DNA of 64,000 nt, taken from the NCBI RefSeq assembly GCF_009914755.1, contig NC_060938.1; one strand, 5' to 3'. Of the stretch, positions 52,511 through 64,000 are shown piece by piece. A model generated the notes under the pieces. That model was given only the letters and a program-made list of their open reading frames with translations. It had not been told where the DNA came from and did no database searches. Each line of letters opens with the position of its first letter. The first letter of the stretch is position 1. The position numbers were made by a program, and so were the translations under genes. Source of the DNA: the human T2T-CHM13v2.0 reference genome, Homo sapiens.

Positions 52511-53399
52511 AGCGTGATGCAAAGTGATCTAGATACATTTTTTGCTTCATATATTCTTTTCATGATCATCTTGAAGCTTTCGTTTCATGGTTTGTGAATT
52601 CAATATCGGTAACATCAGTATGTATTAAGACTTCATTTACATGTGGTACTAAACTCTGTGAAGCAAAATAGACAAAGTGCTTGCCCTACAAGAATTTCCT
52701 AAGGCAAAGAGACATAGACAGAAATGACCTATACACCACTGAACAAACAAAGCAAATATATAAATTGCATAATTTTTGCCATGTGAGATGGTGAATGAAG
52801 AGATGCTTACAGTCTGTTGCTTGAAGAGAAGACCCATCTTCATAACCCTGTGACCTACAGTAGTTACATTGGAAAGAAAAACAAAAGAGTGCTTCACCTG
52901 GCATACCTAGCATTAGAGTTGAGTTTCTTTGGTATATCATTGATGACTATCTTCAGTGATTTTTGTCCTTTTTGCGTATTCTGTGATGATCTGCAAAGAC
53001 TAGAAGGTTTGCTGAGGCAGAAAGCCTCTCAGGGTATGCCTTCTAAAACCAAAGGGCTTTTCCCTCTTTGGAGGAGAATTAATGATCACGTGTTTTTGTC
53101 ATATTTTTATTGAGCCTTTTTTTCCTTCTGGATGGACCTTGAAGATGGTAAAGGAACTTATAAATTCCCAATTTTTAAAACTGTATAATATGAACTGTGG
53201 TGAACAGTGAGACTAGGATATAAGTTGTTTGCTCTCAAAGACCAGATAAAGACAAATCAGAGGTGAAACTCCTCTCTTCTGTGCTGAAAAAAGGCACCTT
53301 GATCAGGTTTCTTATAAATACCTGTCCTAGTCTTTCGCTTCAGTACCAGTACTAGTAGTAGTATTAAGATAGTATTGCTATTCTGAAACTATCGTATAT

Positions 53400-54101
53400 G
53401 TAATGTGAAATAAAACGAAAAGTAAGTATGAGATCTTCTAATTCTATTACCACAAATTTTTGGGGTGGAAGAAAGGAAATACGGATATACTATAGAAGAT
53501 ATTAGGTAAAAACCCTGTATTCCTGAATTTGAATTGGATATATCAATTGTGAACTCATAGGTGTTTTATTTTTCAATACATGTTTTTCCTAGCTCTATTA
53601 ATGAAAAAAGCCTAGACACAGTGACCAATTCAGTAGTAATGAACAGCCCTATTGCCTTGATGGTGGTCTGAAAAATCTTTTCCCATTAAAGGAAACCAAG
53701 CCTTCTTAGAAAAATATCTGATTTTACATCACATACAAGATGAGCAAAGAAGCTATCAAAGATTACTATTACAGAATAGTCAACTTGAAGCTAGATTGAA
53801 GGAGATCCCACTGGCCAAAGATGGGCAACTCTCAATAAGGTTAGAACTGCAGTGAATCAAAAGTGGATCATATATGTTTAAATCCATGAGTATGCAATGA
53901 TATCAAGTAAGACGACCAGTTGGTTACCTTCTGAATATGACAGAATCAATTCATTTCCTCGAAAACTAGCTAAAGAAAATTAAAGAATCAAATATTTATC
54001 TTAACTTTCCTTTATGAATTTTACCTGTATGAGCAAATAGTTGATAAAGGGAAGCATCTTCTATTGAAGTTATTCTAGCTAATAAATGAAAACAAAATGA
54101 T
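53400..54101 (+). mobile_element. Old L1MC/MD 3' region, split by the L1PA5 insertion and resuming at ~60164-61350
   Basis: 'gataaagggaag...ctagctaataaatgaa...atgatagaatatca' continues after the TSD with 'caactcccaat...gatctaggca'. Confidence 0.65.
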
Positions 54102-54117
54102 AGAATATCATCATGCT

Positions 54118-60147
<6,030 letters not shown>

Positions 60148-60269
60148 AGAATATCATCATGCTACAACTCCCAATACATTAACAGATCTAGGCACCGCTG
60201 ACCAGCAATTACTAAAATAGTTGATATCACCAACTATCGAAAAAAGAACAAAAATCAAAGTTGAATACC

Positions 60270-60575
60270 TCTCTCTCTCTCTTTTTTTTTTTTTTGAGAC
60301 GGGGTCTGATTCTGTCGCCCAGGCTAGAGTGCAGTGATGTGATCTCAGCTCACTGCAACATCCGCCTCCCAGGGTCAAGCCATCCTCCCACCTCAGCTTC
60401 CTGAATAGCTGAGACCACAGGCACACATCACTATGTCTGGCTAATTTTTGTATTTTTTGTAGAGATGGGGTCTCACTTTGTCGCCCAGACTGGTCTCGAG
60501 CTCCTGAGCCAAGCGATCTGCCGGCCTCAGCCTCTCAAAGTGCCAGGTTGCAGGTGTGAGCCACCATGCCTGGCC
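60270..60575 (-). mobile_element. AluJ
   Basis: Dimeric Alu; approximate TSD aagtt(g/a)aatac. Confidence 0.9.
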
Positions 60576-60865
60576 ATGAAGTTAAATACTCCTCCTGATT
60601 AAAAAAAAAAAAAAAAAAAAAGACTGTGGTACTTACTGTTTTGTCAAAGAAATTGAAGCTGAGGTGAATCAGGCCTCAGGATCCAGATGCCAGTTTTTAG
60701 AAAGTAAAGAGGACAGAATAACTGGCAGGCTGGATTGCTTCATGTGGCTTCAATCAACAAATCCAAATTGTGGAAAACTCTGCAGGTCTAATGCCCGAAG
60801 TTCTTCAACAGATAAATTGTATGAAAAAGGAAATACAGATAGAAAAACAGATTAAAAGAGACTTA

Positions 60866-60977
60866 AGCTGGGTGTGGTAACACGTGCCTATAATCCAGCT
60901 ACTCCAAAGGCTAAGGTGGGCACATCATTTGAGACTAGCCTAGGCCAAACAGCAAGAGCCTGTTTCAAAAAAAAAAA
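60866..60977 (+). mobile_element. FLAM-like Alu monomer with internal deletion
   Basis: 'gctgggtgtggtaacacgtgcctataatccagctactc...tttgagactagcctagg' followed by an A tail. Confidence 0.75.
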
Positions 60978-61635
60978 TGGAGAAGAGACTTAAAAGACAT
61001 ATCAAGATAAAAACTGGGCAAAAGTAAATTATTATATGCAGGTACTCTTGTGCGGGAATGATTGCTGTGCAAATCAGGATAGTGGTCACTTTTGGAGGGA
61101 TGAAGCCTCTGTGATGGAAAGGGGACAGGCGGAAGCAGTTCTGGGGTGGGGATGGCTGGTAAAGTTCTAAATTTTGGCCTGGGTGGTTGTTACAAGAGTG
61201 TTTTCCTTATAATAATTTACTAAGCCATATATATAAACATCTGGTATACATGTAAATAGCATATTTACTATATACATATATATTACATACATATATTAAA
61301 TATATTTATTTGTGTGTGTGAGACAGTCATTTGTTTCATTTTATGATAAAGTGTACAAAAAAGCAAAAGAGAAGGCATGTTAGAAAAATCCACAAACCTG
61401 ATGCTGCCCTAGAGATTATTACAACACTATCAGTACTGGGTAAATAAAGTTATGGAATGTTGTTTTCTGGCGCACAAAGAATGTAAATTCTACTGTAGAT
61501 ATATTTGTGTAATATCAGTGGTGGGCTACCTTTCAAGTGCTGGGAGCTTTTGCTTTTACAGTGCTTAGCAGCAGGCTTGCACGTAGTTCCCACTTCAGCA
61601 TCAGTCAGCCTAGACAGATGACCCATTTCTGGCTC

Positions 61636-61788
61636 CGTGTTTTTCAATGTGTGGTGCATAGAACACCAGCATGATGGCCATCACATGCTTAAGAAAATGC
61701 AGGTTCTTTGGCCCTAGCTGTCTTGAAAAGGAGTAGCCCAGGAATATGCATGGTTAACAAGCACACTGCAAGGTAAGAACCACCACTG
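61636..61788. mobile_element. MER5-like MITE
   Basis: 'gtgtttttcaatgtgtggt...aaaatgcaggttctttggccc...gcccaggaatatgcat..taacaagc...agaaccac'. Confidence 0.6.
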
Positions 61789-62787
61789 TCTTCTCTATTA
61801 ATTTCTACCTGAAACACTGCTAAAAAAAATCAGTTCTATGAAGATGTCTTGGGGAAGGTATAGATATTCTGAACAATTTCCAGAAGAGCTATTGAGAGTC
61901 AAGACCACAGCCATGATTTTTTTAGTGAATGAACTCAGATTTTGATCCTGCATTGTGTCATGTAGAATACTGAATGCAAGAATGACTAAGCAGTAGCTTG
62001 CTTAGAAAAACAATTTCTCCAGTGTACAATAACAATGGTCAGTTTTCCTCCAAACTTTTTGTTTAGGGTTTATTCCTGGTCAAATAAGTCAGAGCCTGGT
62101 ATTAGGTATTTAAAGTGATAGCTCAATAAATGAATCCTCTGAAGCTTTTTAATAACAATTTTATGCAAAAAATTTTCAAAGCATGGAAAGCAAAGCAATC
62201 TACGTTTGTATATGGCCAGGTATATCCTGACAGAACTTCTAATTGGTCCTTTCTCAGTTGAAGGCAGAGGAGACTTTCAGAGACGTGAAGGCAGAAGTGT
62301 GAATGCTTCCAAGACTGTATTCTGCATCTTCATCATTCTCTTTCTATCATCTCTTCCACGCTTCCAAATCTGCTCGCTTTTTCAGACCCTCTCCTAATCA
62401 AAGCAGGAGGTGACCCAATGTCAGTGACTGCTGACATTACTTGCTGAGTAAGTGCCAATTAGTGTAAATATACTTCAGAAAGAAATTTAAGCTACTATTT
62501 GCTTTTTAGGGGTTTACCTCTAATTTGTAAAATACAATATTTTATCCAATTGAATTCGACTTCACAAACATCCTTTGCATCTGTATGGCGGTGTCCTAAC
62601 AGTGTGGCATTATAGATAACCAAGACAAATAAGACACATTTCCTGCTTCTAGAAAGATACAGTCTAGTTAGGGAGATGGATGAGTAACAGCCAATAATAA
62701 TAGCAAATCATTTCCACATAAATTAGCTCATTTTAGTCATCACACTCTCATAATTTTAGCACTAAAAAGAATAACTACTGTTTATAG

Positions 62788-63504
<717 letters not shown>

Positions 63505-63584
63505 TAATATGACAAAAGAAGAAACTAGGCTTATTAGAAAAGTGTATTTGCTAGAGGAAAAATAAAGAAGAGGTAGTCTAGTTT

Positions 63585-64000
63585 GTGTTTTTTTAAATAG
63601 TATTTTTGTAACCAGTTTAGATTCACAGCAAAATTAAGAGGCAGGCACAGAGGTAGCCCTTATATCCCCTTGCATTAAGGTTTCCACACATGCATAGCTT
63701 TCCACATTGTCAGCACCTCCCACTAGGGTGGTACATTTGTTACAATTGATGAACCTACTTTGGCACATCATTATCACCCCAATTCCATAGTGTACATAGT
63801 GTACATTGGGTTCACTCTGTCTTGTACATTCTATAGATTTTGAGGAATATTAAATTATGTGTATCCACCTTTATAGTATATAGAACAGTTTCACTGCCAT
63901 AAACATCCTCTTCTCTACTTAGTCTTCCCTCCTTGCCCCAAACGGTCTGGGAGCCACTGCTTTGCCTTTTCCGGAATGTCATATAAATGGAATAGTACGG
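63585..64000 (-). mobile_element. L1MC1/2-like 3' end
   Basis: 'agattcacagcaaaatt...gtggtacatttgttacaattgatgaaccta...cattatcaccc...ttgtacattctat'. Confidence 0.8.

Overview
This is primate (human-like) non-coding DNA rich in transposable elements, probably part of a large intron or intergenic region. I found no host protein-coding exon and could not name a host gene. Every long ORF in the track comes from L1, Alu, LTR or microsatellite sequence. Main contents: (1) three primate L1s: a 5'-cut L1PA8-like copy (1-4588, +), an L1PA7-like copy (~21622-25784, -) with an intact 5' end and a ~2.3 kb internal deletion that joins ORF1 to ORF2 in frame, and a full-length but decayed L1PA5-like copy (54118-60147, +) with a 16-bp TSD; (2) about 17 Alu copies or fragments, with all dimeric copies on the - strand; (3) solo LTRs (HERV-H LTR7, MER39, two THE1, MLT1, LTR16); (4) DNA-transposon relics (two MADE2, two MER5, MER33, MER96B-like); (5) an old 7SK pseudogene fragment; (6) older L1M, L2 and MIR remnants. 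A repeat-poor stretch at ~31.7-32.2 kb looks like a candidate promoter or non-coding exon. I cannot support a new biological system here. The best leads are structural: the ORF1-ORF2 fusion L1 next to a co-oriented LTR7, a collapsed inverted Alu pair with a perfect palindrome at its junction, and a 5'UTR deletion that alters ORF0 and the antisense splice donor of the full-length L1. Subfamily names come from recalled consensus features and are approximate.
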